From contig OZ255836.1 in NCBI GenBank assembly GCA_965277715.1, positions 1,088,001 to 1,152,000 of the forward strand: a stretch of DNA of 64,000 nucleotides. Direction: 5' to 3'. Both the position numbers and the translations under genes were made by a program. The notes beneath the pieces were generated by a model. The model saw nothing but the letters and a program-made list of their open reading frames with translations, made no database searches and was not told the DNA's origin. Below, piece after piece: positions 50,339-61,948 of this stretch; the first letter of the stretch is position 1; every line of letters starts with the position of its first letter. Origin of the DNA: Gammaproteobacteria bacterium. Its GTDB lineage: Bacteria; Pseudomonadota; Gammaproteobacteria; JBCCGL01.

Positions 50339-51232
50339 ATGAGCACTCCGAACAAACCCTCTGCGGCAAACTTTCCCGACTACCTGCTATTGCTGTTGTT
50401 GGCACTGATCTGGAGCACCGCTTTTTTGTTAATTAAGATCGGCGTGACCACGGTGCCACCGTTAACACTGTCGTTTTCGCGTATCTGTCTGGGGGCGTTG
50501 GTGTTATGTGGCATTGCGCTGTCCTGTGGTGACGGCCTACCCAAGACGCTGCGGCAGTGGCGCATTGCCGGGGTTGTCGGGTTAATGGGTAACGCCGTAC
50601 CATTCACACTCATTCACTGGGGTGAGCAGACGATAGATAGCGGGCTGGCCGCGCTGTTTATGGGGGTTATGCCCATCTGGGTAGTGGTTTTGGCACATTT
50701 CTTTGCCAATGAAAAAATCACTGCCATGCGCTCATTCGGCGTTATAGCCGCCTTTATTGGCTTGATTGTATTGGTCGGCTGGGACGTGGTAAGCCAATTG
50801 GGCAACGATACCCCCGCACAGTTGGCGGTTATTGCCGCAGCCATTTGTTACGCCGTCACCACTATCTTTGTGCGTCGGCAGCAACCGCTATCTATGCGGC
50901 CAGTGGCGGCGGGTTCATTGATTATCGCCGCTGTTGCACTGCTGCCACTGGTGTTGTGGTTGGAATCACCAGATCCAGCGACATTTTCAGGGCACTCTAT
51001 TGCCGCCATTGTTGTATTAGGTGTTTGTCAAACCGGCCTGGCAGCGCTACTCTATTTCCATTTGATTGCACGCGTGGGGGCAACTGTTTTCTCACAGGTC
51101 AACTACATTATCCCTGTACTGGGTATTGTCTGGGGGGTGGTATTACTGGGCGAGCAACCAGGCTGGCGGGAAGCTTGCGCTATGGGGTGCATACTCACCG
51201 GGTTGGTTTTAGTCAATCACCGGCAGCGATAA
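50339..51232 (+). CDS. DMT/EamA family transporter
   Basis: About 10 hydrophobic helices, two EamA repeats ending in FANEK and LLGE. Confidence 0.88.
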   Translation: MSTPNKPSAANFPDYLLLLLLALIWSTAFLLIKIGVTTVPPLTLSFSRICLGALVLCGIALSCGDGLPKTLRQWRIAGVVGLMGNAVPFTLIHWGEQTIDSGLAALFMGVMPIWVVVLAHFFANEKITAMRSFGVIAAFIGLIVLVGWDVVSQLGNDTPAQLAVIAAAICYAVTTIFVRRQQPLSMRPVAAGSLIIAAVALLPLVLWLESPDPATFSGHSIAAIVVLGVCQTGLAALLYFHLIARVGATVFSQVNYIIPVLGIVWGVVLLGEQPGWREACAMGCILTGLVLVNHRQR

Positions 51233-51242
51233 ACGTCTTAAC

Positions 51243-51659
51243 ATGAAAATTCAATTGCGCCCTTTTACCCCAAGTGATCAAACATCTCTGATCGATTTGT
51301 GGAACAACGTTTTCCCAAACCCTCGTGCGCACAACCTGCCACAGCGGATTATTGCGGAAAAATGTGCAGTGCAGGCCGGGTTACTGCTGCTCGCGGTACA
51401 AAATGACCGTGTGATTGGGAGTATTATTGCCGGTTACGATGGCCATCGCGGCTGGCTCAACCTGGTCGCTGTGTTGCCAGAGTACCAGCGCCAGGGTGTG
51501 GGGAAACAACTGGTCGAGTACGCGTTTGAAAAACTGTCCGCCGCAGGCTGTAGCAAGGTCAATATTCAGATTCGCGAGGGCAATGAAGCAGTGATTACAT
51601 TCTATCAACGAATGGGTTTTGCCATAGAACCCCGTGTCAGTATGGGACGATTTATTTAG
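51243..51659 (+). CDS. GNAT acetyltransferase (YpeA-like)
   Basis: AGYDGHRGW, QRQGVG, FYQRMGF. Confidence 0.9.
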   Translation: MKIQLRPFTPSDQTSLIDLWNNVFPNPRAHNLPQRIIAEKCAVQAGLLLLAVQNDRVIGSIIAGYDGHRGWLNLVAVLPEYQRQGVGKQLVEYAFEKLSAAGCSKVNIQIREGNEAVITFYQRMGFAIEPRVSMGRFI

Positions 51660-52441
51660 TGTTAAATAAGCAACAGCAACAACAATTCCATCGGGATGGT
51701 TTTCTGGTGGTCAAAGCGATGGCCAGCGAAGCCACTGGCAACAATCTGCTCGACGCCGTGTACCAGGCGCTCAACCCGCCACTGGCCCCCCTCGAATATG
51801 AGGCCGATGTACGGTATCCGGGCGCACCCAGAGACCTGGAGGATAAAGGGGGTCGCACACCACGGCGATTACTGCACGCCTATGCCCGCGATAAAGTATT
51901 CCGCGACTGGGCAGGCAGCGATGCAGTGGTCAATACCGTGCGCCAACTGTTGCACAGCGACGATGTGCAACTCAGCCAGAACCACCACAACTGTATAATG
52001 ACCAAGTTTCCCGGCTACAGCAGTGAAACCCATTGGCACCAGGATATTCGTTACTGGTCATATGACCGCCCCGAGCTGATTAATGTGTGGCTGGCACTGG
52101 GTGAAGAGAGCACCGCTCGCGGCGGTATGCTGTTAATTCCGGGGTCGCACAAGATTCAGTTGGATCGCGGACGCTTCGACGCCTCACTGTTTCTGCGCAC
52201 CGATTTGGCAGAAAACCAGGCATTGTTAAAAACCGCTGTTTCGGCCGACCTCAATACGGGCGATGTGTTGTTTTTTCACTGCCGCGCCTTCCATGCAGCG
52301 GGGGCCAACAACACAACATCGCCAAAGTATTCACTGGTATTCAGCTACCATGCCAGCGATAACGCCCCCATTCCCAATACGCGCTCTGCGCGCTATGCAG
52401 AGGTATCACTACCGGCAGGCCCTGTACCTTTGTCTAATTGA
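51659..52441 (+). CDS. Phytanoyl-CoA dioxygenase (PhyH) family Fe(II)/2-oxoglutarate enzyme
   Basis: FHRDGF, WHQD, IPGSH, GDVLFF, FHAAG. Confidence 0.88.
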   Translation: MLNKQQQQQFHRDGFLVVKAMASEATGNNLLDAVYQALNPPLAPLEYEADVRYPGAPRDLEDKGGRTPRRLLHAYARDKVFRDWAGSDAVVNTVRQLLHSDDVQLSQNHHNCIMTKFPGYSSETHWHQDIRYWSYDRPELINVWLALGEESTARGGMLLIPGSHKIQLDRGRFDASLFLRTDLAENQALLKTAVSADLNTGDVLFFHCRAFHAAGANNTTSPKYSLVFSYHASDNAPIPNTRSARYAEVSLPAGPVPLSN

Positions 52442-52463
52442 CGTTTACGTTAACGTCAATTAG
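52434..52463. promoter_or_regulatory. 30-bp palindromic operator, LiuR-like
   Basis: CTAATTGACGTT-TACGTT-AACGTCAATTAG with perfect 12-bp arms, about 100 bp upstream of prpE. Confidence 0.7.
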
Positions 52464-52565
52464 GCTTTACACCCAAGCCAACTAAACACAGGTAAATAAC
52501 TGGCCAGGTGCACACCACATGCATACTATTAGCCTATTATTCAACACGATAAGAGGAGGTTACCC

Positions 52566-54464
52566 GTGAGCGGTGAATTTAACGCCTTATACCAACGATC
52601 GATCGACGACCCACAAGGTTTTTGGGCCGAGGCAGCACAGCACGTCGACTGGTATAAACACCCCTCACACATTCTCGACGACAGCAACCCACCCTTTTAC
52701 CGCTGGTACCCGGATGGCCAGATTAACGCCTGCCACAATGCGCTCGACCGGCACATTGATCAAGGCAATGGCGAACGGCTAGCGCTGATTTACGATAGCC
52801 CGGTTACCGGTAGCGTTATCCGTTACACCTTTGCCGAACTGAGGGGTGCCACCGCCAGGCTGGCCGGGGCACTCAGTACAATGGGCGTAACCGCCGGTGA
52901 CCGGGTGATTATTTATATGCCGATGGTGCCAGAAGCCGTCACCGCCATGCTTGCCTGCGCTCGTATCGGTGCGATTCACTCGGTGGTTTTTGGCGGTTTT
53001 GCCGCGAATGAGCTGGCCGTTCGCATCGATGACTGCACCCCCAAAGTAATTCTCTCCGCCTCCTGCGGTATCGAGGTAAACCGTGTAGTAGAATACAAAC
53101 CACTGCTTGACGAAGCCATAGAAATTGCAACCCATTCACCCGATAACTGTTTAATTTTACAGCGCCCTCAATGCACTGCCAGTATGGTTGATGGGCGTGA
53201 TCTGGACTGGCAAGGCACTGTCGCTAACGCAGCCCCACACGCCTGTGTGCCCCTCAACGCCAATCACCCTAACTATATTCTTTATACCTCCGGCACCACA
53301 GGCCAACCCAAGGGGATAATGCGCGACACCGGCGGTCATGTGGTCGCACTGGCCTGGACGATGAAAAATATCTACAACGTCGACCCCGGTGAGGTCTACT
53401 GGGCTGCCTCTGATATTGGCTGGGTGGTCGGTCACTCGTATATCGTTTATGCCCCCCTGTTCAGTGGTAACACCACCGTTTTATACGAAGGTAAGCCCGT
53501 TGGCACCCCCGACCCCGGTGCCTTTTGGCGTGTCATTGCCGAACACAAGGTCAAGGTGTTGTTTACTGCGCCTACGGCATTTCGCGCCATAAAAAAGGAA
53601 GATCCTGAAGGTGAATTCCTTAAAAAATATGATATTAGCAGCCTTTCTTCACTCTTTTTAGCCGGTGAACGCACTGACCCGGACACACTTAATTGGGCAG
53701 AGAAGATGCTAAACGTGCCTGTCATTGACCATTGGTGGCAAACCGAGACCGGATGGTCGATCTGCGCCAACTGCGTGGGCATTGAACAACTGCCCATTGT
53801 GCACGGCTCCCCTGCACTGGCTGCCCCCGGCTACGCTGTCAGCGCGCTGGACAAGCAAGGCAACAGCATCGCACCGGGGGATATTGGTGCCTTGTCGGTA
53901 AAATTGCCACTGCCACCGGGCACCTTTCCAACACTGTGGAATGCCGATGACCGCTACGTCGACACCTATTTCACCCACTACCCCGGCTACTACGAAACGG
54001 GAGATGCCGGTTATATCGATGAAAATGGCTATGTGTTTGTTATGTCGCGCACCGACGATGTGATCAATGTGGCCGGGCACCGCCTCTCCACGGGGGCCAT
54101 TGAAGAGGTCCTGGCCTCACACCCGGATGTCGCCGAATGTGCTGTTATGGGCGCAGCGGACACATTAAAAGGGCAATTGCCCATCGGTTTCCTGGTGTTA
54201 AATGCAGGCGTCACGCATGACAACGCATCGGTTATCGATGAATGCATCCAGTTGGTACGCGAAAAAATCGGGCCGGTTGCCGCCTTTAAGAACGCCGTAG
54301 TGATCAAGCGCCTGCCGAAAACCCGCTCGGGAAAAATACTGCGCGGCACGATGCGCAAAATTGCCGATGGCGAACCGTATAAAATGCCTGCAACGATTGA
54401 TGACCCCGCTATTTTAGATGAAGTTCACACTGCATTAAACCTCATAGGTTACGCGAAGAAATAA
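52566..54464 (+). CDS. prpE: Propionyl-CoA synthetase
   Basis: YTSGTTGQPKG, DHWWQTETG, PKTRSGK; GAGGAGG RBS, GTG start. Confidence 0.9.
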   Translation: MSGEFNALYQRSIDDPQGFWAEAAQHVDWYKHPSHILDDSNPPFYRWYPDGQINACHNALDRHIDQGNGERLALIYDSPVTGSVIRYTFAELRGATARLAGALSTMGVTAGDRVIIYMPMVPEAVTAMLACARIGAIHSVVFGGFAANELAVRIDDCTPKVILSASCGIEVNRVVEYKPLLDEAIEIATHSPDNCLILQRPQCTASMVDGRDLDWQGTVANAAPHACVPLNANHPNYILYTSGTTGQPKGIMRDTGGHVVALAWTMKNIYNVDPGEVYWAASDIGWVVGHSYIVYAPLFSGNTTVLYEGKPVGTPDPGAFWRVIAEHKVKVLFTAPTAFRAIKKEDPEGEFLKKYDISSLSSLFLAGERTDPDTLNWAEKMLNVPVIDHWWQTETGWSICANCVGIEQLPIVHGSPALAAPGYAVSALDKQGNSIAPGDIGALSVKLPLPPGTFPTLWNADDRYVDTYFTHYPGYYETGDAGYIDENGYVFVMSRTDDVINVAGHRLSTGAIEEVLASHPDVAECAVMGAADTLKGQLPIGFLVLNAGVTHDNASVIDECIQLVREKIGPVAAFKNAVVIKRLPKTRSGKILRGTMRKIADGEPYKMPATIDDPAILDEVHTALNLIGYAKK

Positions 54465-54470
54465 CTGTAA

Positions 54471-56621
54471 ATGACTGAATTTAAAAAATACACCTATGAT
54501 GAATGGGAGGCGTTAGCGCGCCGCGAGCAACGCGGGAAAACCGTTGAGGCGCTAACCTCGGAAACCCCCGAGGGCATTGCTATCAAGCCGCTGTACACCG
54601 CCGAAGACCTGGAACAACTGGCACAGCAAAACACCCTGCCCGGCCTCGCCCCTTTCCTGCGCGGCCCACGCGCCACTATGTACGCAGGTCGCCCCTGGAC
54701 TTTGCGCCAATACGCCGGTTTTTCTACCGCAGAAGATTCCAACGCATTTTATCAGCGCAACCTGGCCGCCGGGCAAAAAGGCCTGTCAGTCGCTTTTGAT
54801 CTGGCCACGCACCGGGGTTACGACTCAGACCACCCGCGTGTCGTCGGCGATGTCGGCAAGGCTGGCGTGGCTATCGACAGCGTTGAAGACATGAAAATCC
54901 TGTTTGACCGTATCCCGCTCGATGAAATGTCGGTATCGATGACCATGAACGGTGCGGTACTGCCGGTTATGGCGATGTATATCGTCGCCGCAGAAGAACA
55001 GGGGGTGCAACAAGCGGCGCTATCCGGCACCTTGCAAAATGACATTCTCAAAGAGTTTATGGTGCGCAACACCTTTATCTACCCACCTGCGCCTTCAATG
55101 CGCATCGTGGCCGATATTATCGCGCACACCAGCACCCATATGCCGCGTTTTAACCCGATCTCCATATCCGGTTACCATATGCAGGAAGCCGGTGCCAACC
55201 TCGTGCAGGAGCTTGCCTTTACCCTGGCCGATGGCATCGAATATGTGCGCACCGCCATCGACAGCGGCTTGAGCGTCGATACTTTCGCCCCACGCCTGTC
55301 GTTCTTTTTTGCTATCGGCATGAACTTCTTTATGGAAGTGGCCAAATTGCGCGCCGCGAGGCAGCTTTGGGCCACCTTGATGCAGGAGCTGTTTTCGCCA
55401 CAAGACCCAAAATCCTTGATGCTGCGCACACACTGCCAAACCTCGGGCGTGAGCCTCACCGTACAAGACCCGTATAACAATATTGTCCGCACCACGATTG
55501 AAGCGATGGCCGCCGCACTGGGGGGCACACAGTCGCTGCACACCAACGCCTTTGACGAGGCGCTTGGCCTGCCCACCGAATTCTCTGCGCGTATCGCACG
55601 CAACACGCAGCTTATTTTGCAGGAGGAGACCGGCATTACCCAGGTGGTCGACCCACTGGGCGGTTCTTACTATATTGAGCATTTGACGCAGAGCCTGGTC
55701 AGCGAGGCACGCAAACTGATTGATGAGGTTGAAGCCCTCGGCGGCATGACCAAAGCGGTCGAGTCCGGTATGCCCAAGCTGCGCATTGAGGAGGCCGCAG
55801 CGCGCAAACAAGCACGCGTTGACCGGGGTGAAGAGGTTGTCGTTGGCGTCAACAAATATCCCCCGCCACAACAGGATGCAGTGGATGTGCTGGATATCGA
55901 TAATACCGCCGTGCGCGATGGGCAAATCGACCGCCTCAAAACCATTCGCGATTCACGTGATAATGAACGCTGCAAACAGGCGCTCAACGCGCTTGTTGAC
56001 GCGGCAAAAAATACCGGGGGCAACCTGCTTAGCCTGGCGATTGCAGCGGCGCGCGCACGCGCCTCAGTAGGGGAAATTTCCGATGCACTGGAGTCTGTTT
56101 ACGGTCGACACCGCGCAACCGTACGCGCACTCTCCGGGGTTTACGGCGCCGCCTGGGGAAATGACGGGGCATTCAACATGATCCAGCGTGACATCGAGGC
56201 ATTCGCCGAAGAAACCGGCCGCAGGCCGCGCATGTTAGTGGTAAAACTGGGCCAGGATGGCCACGACCGTGGCTCGCATGTTATCGCCACGGCCTTTGCC
56301 GATATTGGCTTTGATATCGACATTGGCCCGCTGTTCCAAACACCCGAAGAAGCCGCCCGCCAGGCTATCGAAAACGATGTGCATATCATTGGCATTTCAT
56401 CGCAGGCTGCCGGCCACAAAACCCTGGTGCCCAAGGTGATCAATTCACTGCGTGCACAGGGTGCAGACGATATTATCGTGGTCTGCGGCGGGGTTATCCC
56501 ACCACAGGACTTTGAGCAACTGAAAGCGGCGGGCGTCGCCGCAATTTTTGGCCCCGGCACCAATATCCCCGAGGCGGCGCGGGAAGTGCTGGCACTAGTG
56601 CGCAAACAACATTCGAGTTAA
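54471..56621 (+). CDS. scpA: Methylmalonyl-CoA mutase (B12-dependent)
   Basis: RQYAGF and FMVRNT specificity residues, QDGHDRG cobalamin motif. Confidence 0.96.
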   Translation: MTEFKKYTYDEWEALARREQRGKTVEALTSETPEGIAIKPLYTAEDLEQLAQQNTLPGLAPFLRGPRATMYAGRPWTLRQYAGFSTAEDSNAFYQRNLAAGQKGLSVAFDLATHRGYDSDHPRVVGDVGKAGVAIDSVEDMKILFDRIPLDEMSVSMTMNGAVLPVMAMYIVAAEEQGVQQAALSGTLQNDILKEFMVRNTFIYPPAPSMRIVADIIAHTSTHMPRFNPISISGYHMQEAGANLVQELAFTLADGIEYVRTAIDSGLSVDTFAPRLSFFFAIGMNFFMEVAKLRAARQLWATLMQELFSPQDPKSLMLRTHCQTSGVSLTVQDPYNNIVRTTIEAMAAALGGTQSLHTNAFDEALGLPTEFSARIARNTQLILQEETGITQVVDPLGGSYYIEHLTQSLVSEARKLIDEVEALGGMTKAVESGMPKLRIEEAAARKQARVDRGEEVVVGVNKYPPPQQDAVDVLDIDNTAVRDGQIDRLKTIRDSRDNERCKQALNALVDAAKNTGGNLLSLAIAAARARASVGEISDALESVYGRHRATVRALSGVYGAAWGNDGAFNMIQRDIEAFAEETGRRPRMLVVKLGQDGHDRGSHVIATAFADIGFDIDIGPLFQTPEEAARQAIENDVHIIGISSQAAGHKTLVPKVINSLRAQGADDIIVVCGGVIPPQDFEQLKAAGVAAIFGPGTNIPEAAREVLALVRKQHSS

Positions 56622-56669
56622 CCGGCTTTATAAATGCCGCATTAAATATCACATACTGGAACTCCCTTA

Positions 56670-58202
56670 ATGCAGGAAATTATCGACCGCTTACAGCAAA
56701 AACGTCAGGCCGCCGAATGCGGTGGCGGCCAGGCGCGCATCGACAAACAACACGCCAAAGGTAAATTAAGCGCACGCGAGCGCCTGACAGTGTTGTTCGA
56801 TGAAGATTCCTTCGACGAGTGGGATATGTTTGTCGAGCACGATTGCGCCGATTTTGGGATGCACGATGAACATATCCCCGGCGATGGCGTAGTCATTGGT
56901 CAGGGCACCATCAATGGCCGTATTATTTTTGCCTTCAGTCAGGACTTTACCGTCTATGGCGGTTCATTGTCTGCGGCACATGCGCGCAAGATCTGCAAGG
57001 TAATGGATGCGGCGATGAAAGTGGGTGCACCGCTTATCGGTATTAACGACTCCGGCGGTGCGCGCATTCAGGAGGGCGTTGCATCGCTCGGCGGTTATGC
57101 CGATGTTTTTCAGCGCAATGTACTCGCCTCGGGGGTTATTCCGCAAATCTCGCTGGTGATGGGACCCTGCGCCGGTGGCGCCGTCTACTCGCCCGCCATG
57201 ACCGATTTCATCTTCATGGTCAAAGACAGCGCATACATGTTCGTCACCGGGCCGGAAGTGGTTAAAACCGTCACCCACGAAGACGTCACCCAGGAACAAC
57301 TCGGCGGCGCCACCACCCACACGGAAACCTCTGGGGTCGCCGACCTGGCGTTTGAAAACGATATTGAAGCCCTATTAATGGTGCGCAGATTTATCGGTTA
57401 CGTGCCCAGTAGCAACCGTGACAAAGTGCCGTCACTCAACACGGATGATATGACCCATCGCCGTGAACCTTCACTGGATACACTGGTGCCAGACAACCCC
57501 AACCTGCCCTACGATATGCGCGAACTGATTCATAAAGTGGCCGATGAAGGTGATTTTTTTGAGCTACAGGCCAACTACGCAGGCAACATCATCACCGGAT
57601 TTGGGCGCATACAAGGTGAAACCGTTGGCTTCGTTGCCAACCAGCCGCTGGTATTGGCAGGCTGCCTGGACATTGAATCGAGCCGTAAAGCGGCGCGCTT
57701 TGTGCGCTACTGTGATGCTTTTTCCATCCCGATTATTACCTTTGTCGATGTGCCTGGTTTCTTACCGGGCACCGCCCAGGAGTTTGGCGGCATTATCAAG
57801 CACGGCGCCAAACTGCTATACGCCTATGCCGAGGCCACCGTGCCCAAAATCACCGTTATCACCCGCAAAGCCTACGGCGGCGCTTACGATGTAATGGCCT
57901 CCAAGCATCTACGCGGTGACTTAAACTATGCCTGGCCATCGGCTGAAATTGCGGTAATGGGGCCAAAAGGGGCTGTTGAAATTATTTTTCGCCAGGACAA
58001 AGATGACCCCGAAAAACTGGCCCAACGCACACAGGAATACCGTGAGAAATTTGCCAACCCCTTTATCGCTGCGGCAAAAGGGTTTATCGACGATATTATT
58101 ATGCCGTGCGACACGCGCCGATACCTGTGCCGTGGCCTGCGCATGTTAGCCACCAAACGCCTCGAAAACCCGTGGAGAAAGCACGGCAATATTCCCTTAT
58201 AA
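56670..58202 (+). CDS. pccB: Propionyl-CoA carboxylase beta (carboxyltransferase) subunit
   Basis: [31 protein letters not shown]. Confidence 0.93.
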   Translation: MQEIIDRLQQKRQAAECGGGQARIDKQHAKGKLSARERLTVLFDEDSFDEWDMFVEHDCADFGMHDEHIPGDGVVIGQGTINGRIIFAFSQDFTVYGGSLSAAHARKICKVMDAAMKVGAPLIGINDSGGARIQEGVASLGGYADVFQRNVLASGVIPQISLVMGPCAGGAVYSPAMTDFIFMVKDSAYMFVTGPEVVKTVTHEDVTQEQLGGATTHTETSGVADLAFENDIEALLMVRRFIGYVPSSNRDKVPSLNTDDMTHRREPSLDTLVPDNPNLPYDMRELIHKVADEGDFFELQANYAGNIITGFGRIQGETVGFVANQPLVLAGCLDIESSRKAARFVRYCDAFSIPIITFVDVPGFLPGTAQEFGGIIKHGAKLLYAYAEATVPKITVITRKAYGGAYDVMASKHLRGDLNYAWPSAEIAVMGPKGAVEIIFRQDKDDPEKLAQRTQEYREKFANPFIAAAKGFIDDIIMPCDTRRYLCRGLRMLATKRLENPWRKHGNIPL

Positions 58203-58244
58203 GCCATTGAAATACAAAACTTAAATTGCGTTGTTTTGACTAAT

Positions 58245-60254
58245 ATGTTTAAAAAAATACTGATCGCTAACCGAGGTGAAATCGCTTGCCGGATCATCAA
58301 AACGGCACGAAAAATGGGCATAGCCACCGTCGCTGTGTACGCGGATGCGGACGCCCAATCACTGCATGTACAAATGGCCGATGAAGCCGTCCATATCGGT
58401 GGCTCGGCGTCCAGCGACAGCTATTTGCGCATCGATAGGATACTGGCCGCCACTGCACAAACCCACGCCGAAGCCGTCCACCCCGGCTTCGGTTTTCTGT
58501 CTGAAAACGCCGAATTCGCCAAAGCCCTGGAACAGGCGGGGGTGGCATTTATCGGCCCTGGTATTCACGCAATTGCCACGATGGGTGACAAAATTGAATC
58601 CAAAACACTCGCCGATAAAGTCGGCGTCAATACCATTCCAGGGCACACTCAGGCGATAAAAGACGCCAGCGAAGCCCTCGGTATTGCCGGGCGTGTCGGT
58701 TGTCCGGTGATGATCAAAGCCTCCGCTGGCGGTGGCGGCAAAGGCATGCGTATCGCCTGGTCGCTGGATCAGGTAGAGGAAGGTTTTAACAGCGCCCGCA
58801 ATGAGGCGCGCAATAGCTTTGGTGATGATCGTGTGTTTATCGAAAAGTACATTGAGTCACCCCGGCATATCGAAATACAAGTGCTTGCCGATACGCACGG
58901 CGAATGCGTTTACCTTGGCGAGCGCGAATGCTCTATTCAGCGCCGCCACCAAAAGGTCATCGAAGAGGCACCTTCACCCTTTATCGACCCGGCGACGCGC
59001 CAGTCGATGGGCGCACAGGCTGTAACACTCGCCCGGGCGGTCGATTACGCCTCGGCGGGCACTGTCGAGTTTATCGTCGACAAGCACCGGCAGTTCTACT
59101 TTCTGGAAATGAATACACGTTTACAGGTCGAGCACCCTGTCACCGAATACATCACCGGTATCGACCTGGTTGAGCAGATGATCCGGGTCGCCGCCGGGCT
59201 ACCGTTAGGTATCAGCCAGAGCGATGTAACGCTAAACGGCTGGGCCATCGAGGCACGCGTCTACGCCGAAGACCCGGTGCGCAACTTTATGCCATCGACC
59301 GGGCGTTTAACCCACTACCAACCGCCCACAGAGAGCGATTGTGTGCGTGTTGATACAGGCGTCTACGAAGGGGGTGAGATCAGCATGCACTACGACCCGA
59401 TGATTGCCAAACTGGTGGTCAAAGGCGAAACCCGCGAGCAGGCGATCACGACCATCAGCGATGCCCTGGACGCTTATGTGATTCGTGGCGTGGCGCACAA
59501 CATCCCGTTTCTTGCCTCAGTGATGCGACAGGATGATTTTATTCAGGGCAAACTCTCTACCAACTTTATCGAAAAGCACTACCCACAGGGGTTCGACAAT
59601 CAACAACCGCCAGGCGATGCACTGTATGGATTACTGGCCATAGCGGCAACACTGCAACAACAAATCGATACGCGTGAAAACCCTGGCGCACAACAATGCA
59701 CGGTAAACTACCAGGCCACCGTCGATGGCCTGCCGCCAGTGGATGAGCAAAATAACGGGCAGAATAACGCGACATTTTCCCTCACCTCGTCGATAACAGA
59801 GGCAGCCGAAGGGTTTGTTGTACAAGTCGATAAACAACACTTTGCCATTAAGCGGGACTGGCACCCTGGCCAGCACAGGGTAAACGCCGCCATCAACGGC
59901 GGAACAAGCATTGTGCAAGTGCAACAGGACAAGCTCTTTTGGCAACTGACTTCACGTGGCTTTACCGCCCGCATCGCCGTATTGCGCCCGCACATCGCCA
60001 GCTTGTATCAACTGATGCCGGAAAAAATACCCACCGATACCAGCCAGTTTTTACTCTCACCCATGCCGGGGTTATTAGTGCGACTACTGGTTGAGGTTGG
60101 CGATCATGTCGAGGCAGGCCAGGACTTAGCATTAGTCGAAGCAATGAAAATGGAAAATACACTCTGCGCAGAGCGTGCGGGGGTAATTGCCTCAATCAAC
60201 GCGGCACAAGGTGATAGCCTGTCAGTCGATCAGGTTATTCTCGAATTTGAATAA
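58245..60254 (+). CDS. pccA: Propionyl-CoA carboxylase alpha (biotin carboxylase/BCCP) subunit
   Basis: ANRGEIA, GGGGKG, EMNTRLQVEH, EAMKM biotin site. Confidence 0.93.
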   Translation: MFKKILIANRGEIACRIIKTARKMGIATVAVYADADAQSLHVQMADEAVHIGGSASSDSYLRIDRILAATAQTHAEAVHPGFGFLSENAEFAKALEQAGVAFIGPGIHAIATMGDKIESKTLADKVGVNTIPGHTQAIKDASEALGIAGRVGCPVMIKASAGGGGKGMRIAWSLDQVEEGFNSARNEARNSFGDDRVFIEKYIESPRHIEIQVLADTHGECVYLGERECSIQRRHQKVIEEAPSPFIDPATRQSMGAQAVTLARAVDYASAGTVEFIVDKHRQFYFLEMNTRLQVEHPVTEYITGIDLVEQMIRVAAGLPLGISQSDVTLNGWAIEARVYAEDPVRNFMPSTGRLTHYQPPTESDCVRVDTGVYEGGEISMHYDPMIAKLVVKGETREQAITTISDALDAYVIRGVAHNIPFLASVMRQDDFIQGKLSTNFIEKHYPQGFDNQQPPGDALYGLLAIAATLQQQIDTRENPGAQQCTVNYQATVDGLPPVDEQNNGQNNATFSLTSSITEAAEGFVVQVDKQHFAIKRDWHPGQHRVNAAINGGTSIVQVQQDKLFWQLTSRGFTARIAVLRPHIASLYQLMPEKIPTDTSQFLLSPMPGLLVRLLVEVGDHVEAGQDLALVEAMKMENTLCAERAGVIASINAAQGDSLSVDQVILEFE

Positions 60255-60285
60255 CATCACAGCCCAACGGCCCAACGGCGTATCG

Positions 60286-61275
60286 GTGTTCACGCTCGAA
60301 TGCATGGCGGCAAAAATACGCGCTGGAGACCGTCGCCAACTGGCCAAGGCCATTACCCTGGCCGAGTCTTCGAGGGAGCGGGACAACAGGCTAAGCAATG
60401 CATTGCTGGACGAACTGCTACCCCATACCGGCGGCGCCATCCGCCTTGGCGTATCGGGTTTACCGGGGGTGGGAAAATCGACCTTTATCGAGACCCTGGG
60501 GTGTTATTTATGCGATCAGCAATGGCGCGTTGCCGTGCTCAGTATCGACCCCAGCTCATCCCTAAACGGTGGCTCCATTCTCGGTGACAAAACCCGTATG
60601 CCGGGCTTATCGGCACACACCAACGCCTATATCCGCCCTACTCCCTCCGGTGATGCACTCGGTGGGGTTGCCGGTGCAACCAGAGAATCCATACTATTGT
60701 GCGAGGCAGCCGGTTTTAATGTCATCCTGGTGGAAACCGTGGGTGTAGGCCAGTCAGAAATTGCCGTGGCCGATATGACTGACATTTTTCTGTTGTTACT
60801 GTTACCCAGCACAGGGGATGAATTACAGGGTATTAAACGCGGCATCGTCGAGCGCGCCGACATAATACTCATCAACAAAGCCGATGGCGCCCTGCTCAAC
60901 GCCGCCCAGCAAACGGTCGCCGACTATCGCTCCGCCCTGCAACTGCTGCGTAAAAATACATTGACAGGCGCTGACATCCCCGGCGTTGACAACCCAGTGA
61001 TGCCAATGTCAGCACTAGACCGCGCAGGCATACAGGGAATTTGGGGAAACCTGTTATCGCATTGGCAGGCACTGAATAAAAACCCTGCACTGGAAGACAA
61101 ACGCCAACAACAGCGCCTGAACTGGATGCGGGAAAAATTACACAGCGCTGTCTACCGTTTAGCACTGAAAAACCTCGCCACAAGGCAATCGCTCGAACAG
61201 TTTGAAGCGCTTGTCTCCCAGGCCTCTCTATCGCCTGGCAGTGCTATTGAACAAATTATGGACGCTTTGGGATAA
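60286..61275 (+). CDS. meaB: Methylmalonyl-CoA mutase chaperone GTPase
   Basis: GLPGVGKST, GGSILGDKTRM, ETVGVGQSE, NKAD; start uncertain. Confidence 0.92.
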   Translation: MFTLECMAAKIRAGDRRQLAKAITLAESSRERDNRLSNALLDELLPHTGGAIRLGVSGLPGVGKSTFIETLGCYLCDQQWRVAVLSIDPSSSLNGGSILGDKTRMPGLSAHTNAYIRPTPSGDALGGVAGATRESILLCEAAGFNVILVETVGVGQSEIAVADMTDIFLLLLLPSTGDELQGIKRGIVERADIILINKADGALLNAAQQTVADYRSALQLLRKNTLTGADIPGVDNPVMPMSALDRAGIQGIWGNLLSHWQALNKNPALEDKRQQQRLNWMREKLHSAVYRLALKNLATRQSLEQFEALVSQASLSPGSAIEQIMDALG

Positions 61276-61504
61276 CAGATATATATTGACCACCTGGATG
61301 CTGGTGACAGAGGCTATATATCTACTCGGTTTTTCTCTGTGTGCACAATGCGCATTACTTGAGATGATTGAGAGAGGCATTCTCAAAGTACTGTAGTCAT
61401 TCTACAAGTGAAGTTGAAGTTCTGGTAAAAGCGCTTTAGATTCAGTGCATTAGGCAGTCGCAGTAGATTCAACTGAGGAATTTAGGTTCAAGAGATCAAA
61501 TAAC

Positions 61505-61909
61505 ATGATTGGCAAATTAAACCACGTCGCGATTGCCAGCAACGACCTCGCCCAAGCGGTACACACCTATGAGCACACCCTGGGGGCCAACGTTTCAGCG
61601 CCTGTCGATATGCCTGAGCACGGCGTTACCACTGTTTTTGTCACCCTCGACAACACCAAAATAGAGCTATTGACTCCACTGGGGGAAAACTCCCCCATCG
61701 AAAAATTTCTCCAGCGAAACCCTGCAGGTGGCATTCATCATCTATGCTACGAAGTAGACGATATAATCGTCGCTCGCGACAAACTGATCGCCAGCGGTGC
61801 CAGAGTGCTGGGAAGTGGTGAGCCTAAAATCGGCGCCCACGGCAAACCCGTGATCTTTCTTCACCCCAAGGATTTTTGTGGCACACTGGTAGAGCTTGAA
61901 CAAGTGTAA
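61505..61909 (+). CDS. mce: Methylmalonyl-CoA epimerase
   Basis: LNHVAIA, GGIHHLCYEV, GAHGKPV..HPKD..LVELEQ. Confidence 0.95.
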   Translation: MIGKLNHVAIASNDLAQAVHTYEHTLGANVSAPVDMPEHGVTTVFVTLDNTKIELLTPLGENSPIEKFLQRNPAGGIHHLCYEVDDIIVARDKLIASGARVLGSGEPKIGAHGKPVIFLHPKDFCGTLVELEQV

Positions 61910-61948
61910 AATGCGTTACTTACTTCAACCTCAATTTTTACAAATGCG

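Noticed and set aside
55095-55925. Long antisense ORF (276 aa) inside the mutase, and similar ones inside fusA, prpE and the ligases
   Set aside because: Typical codon-bias shadows of conserved genes, with no motifs of their own
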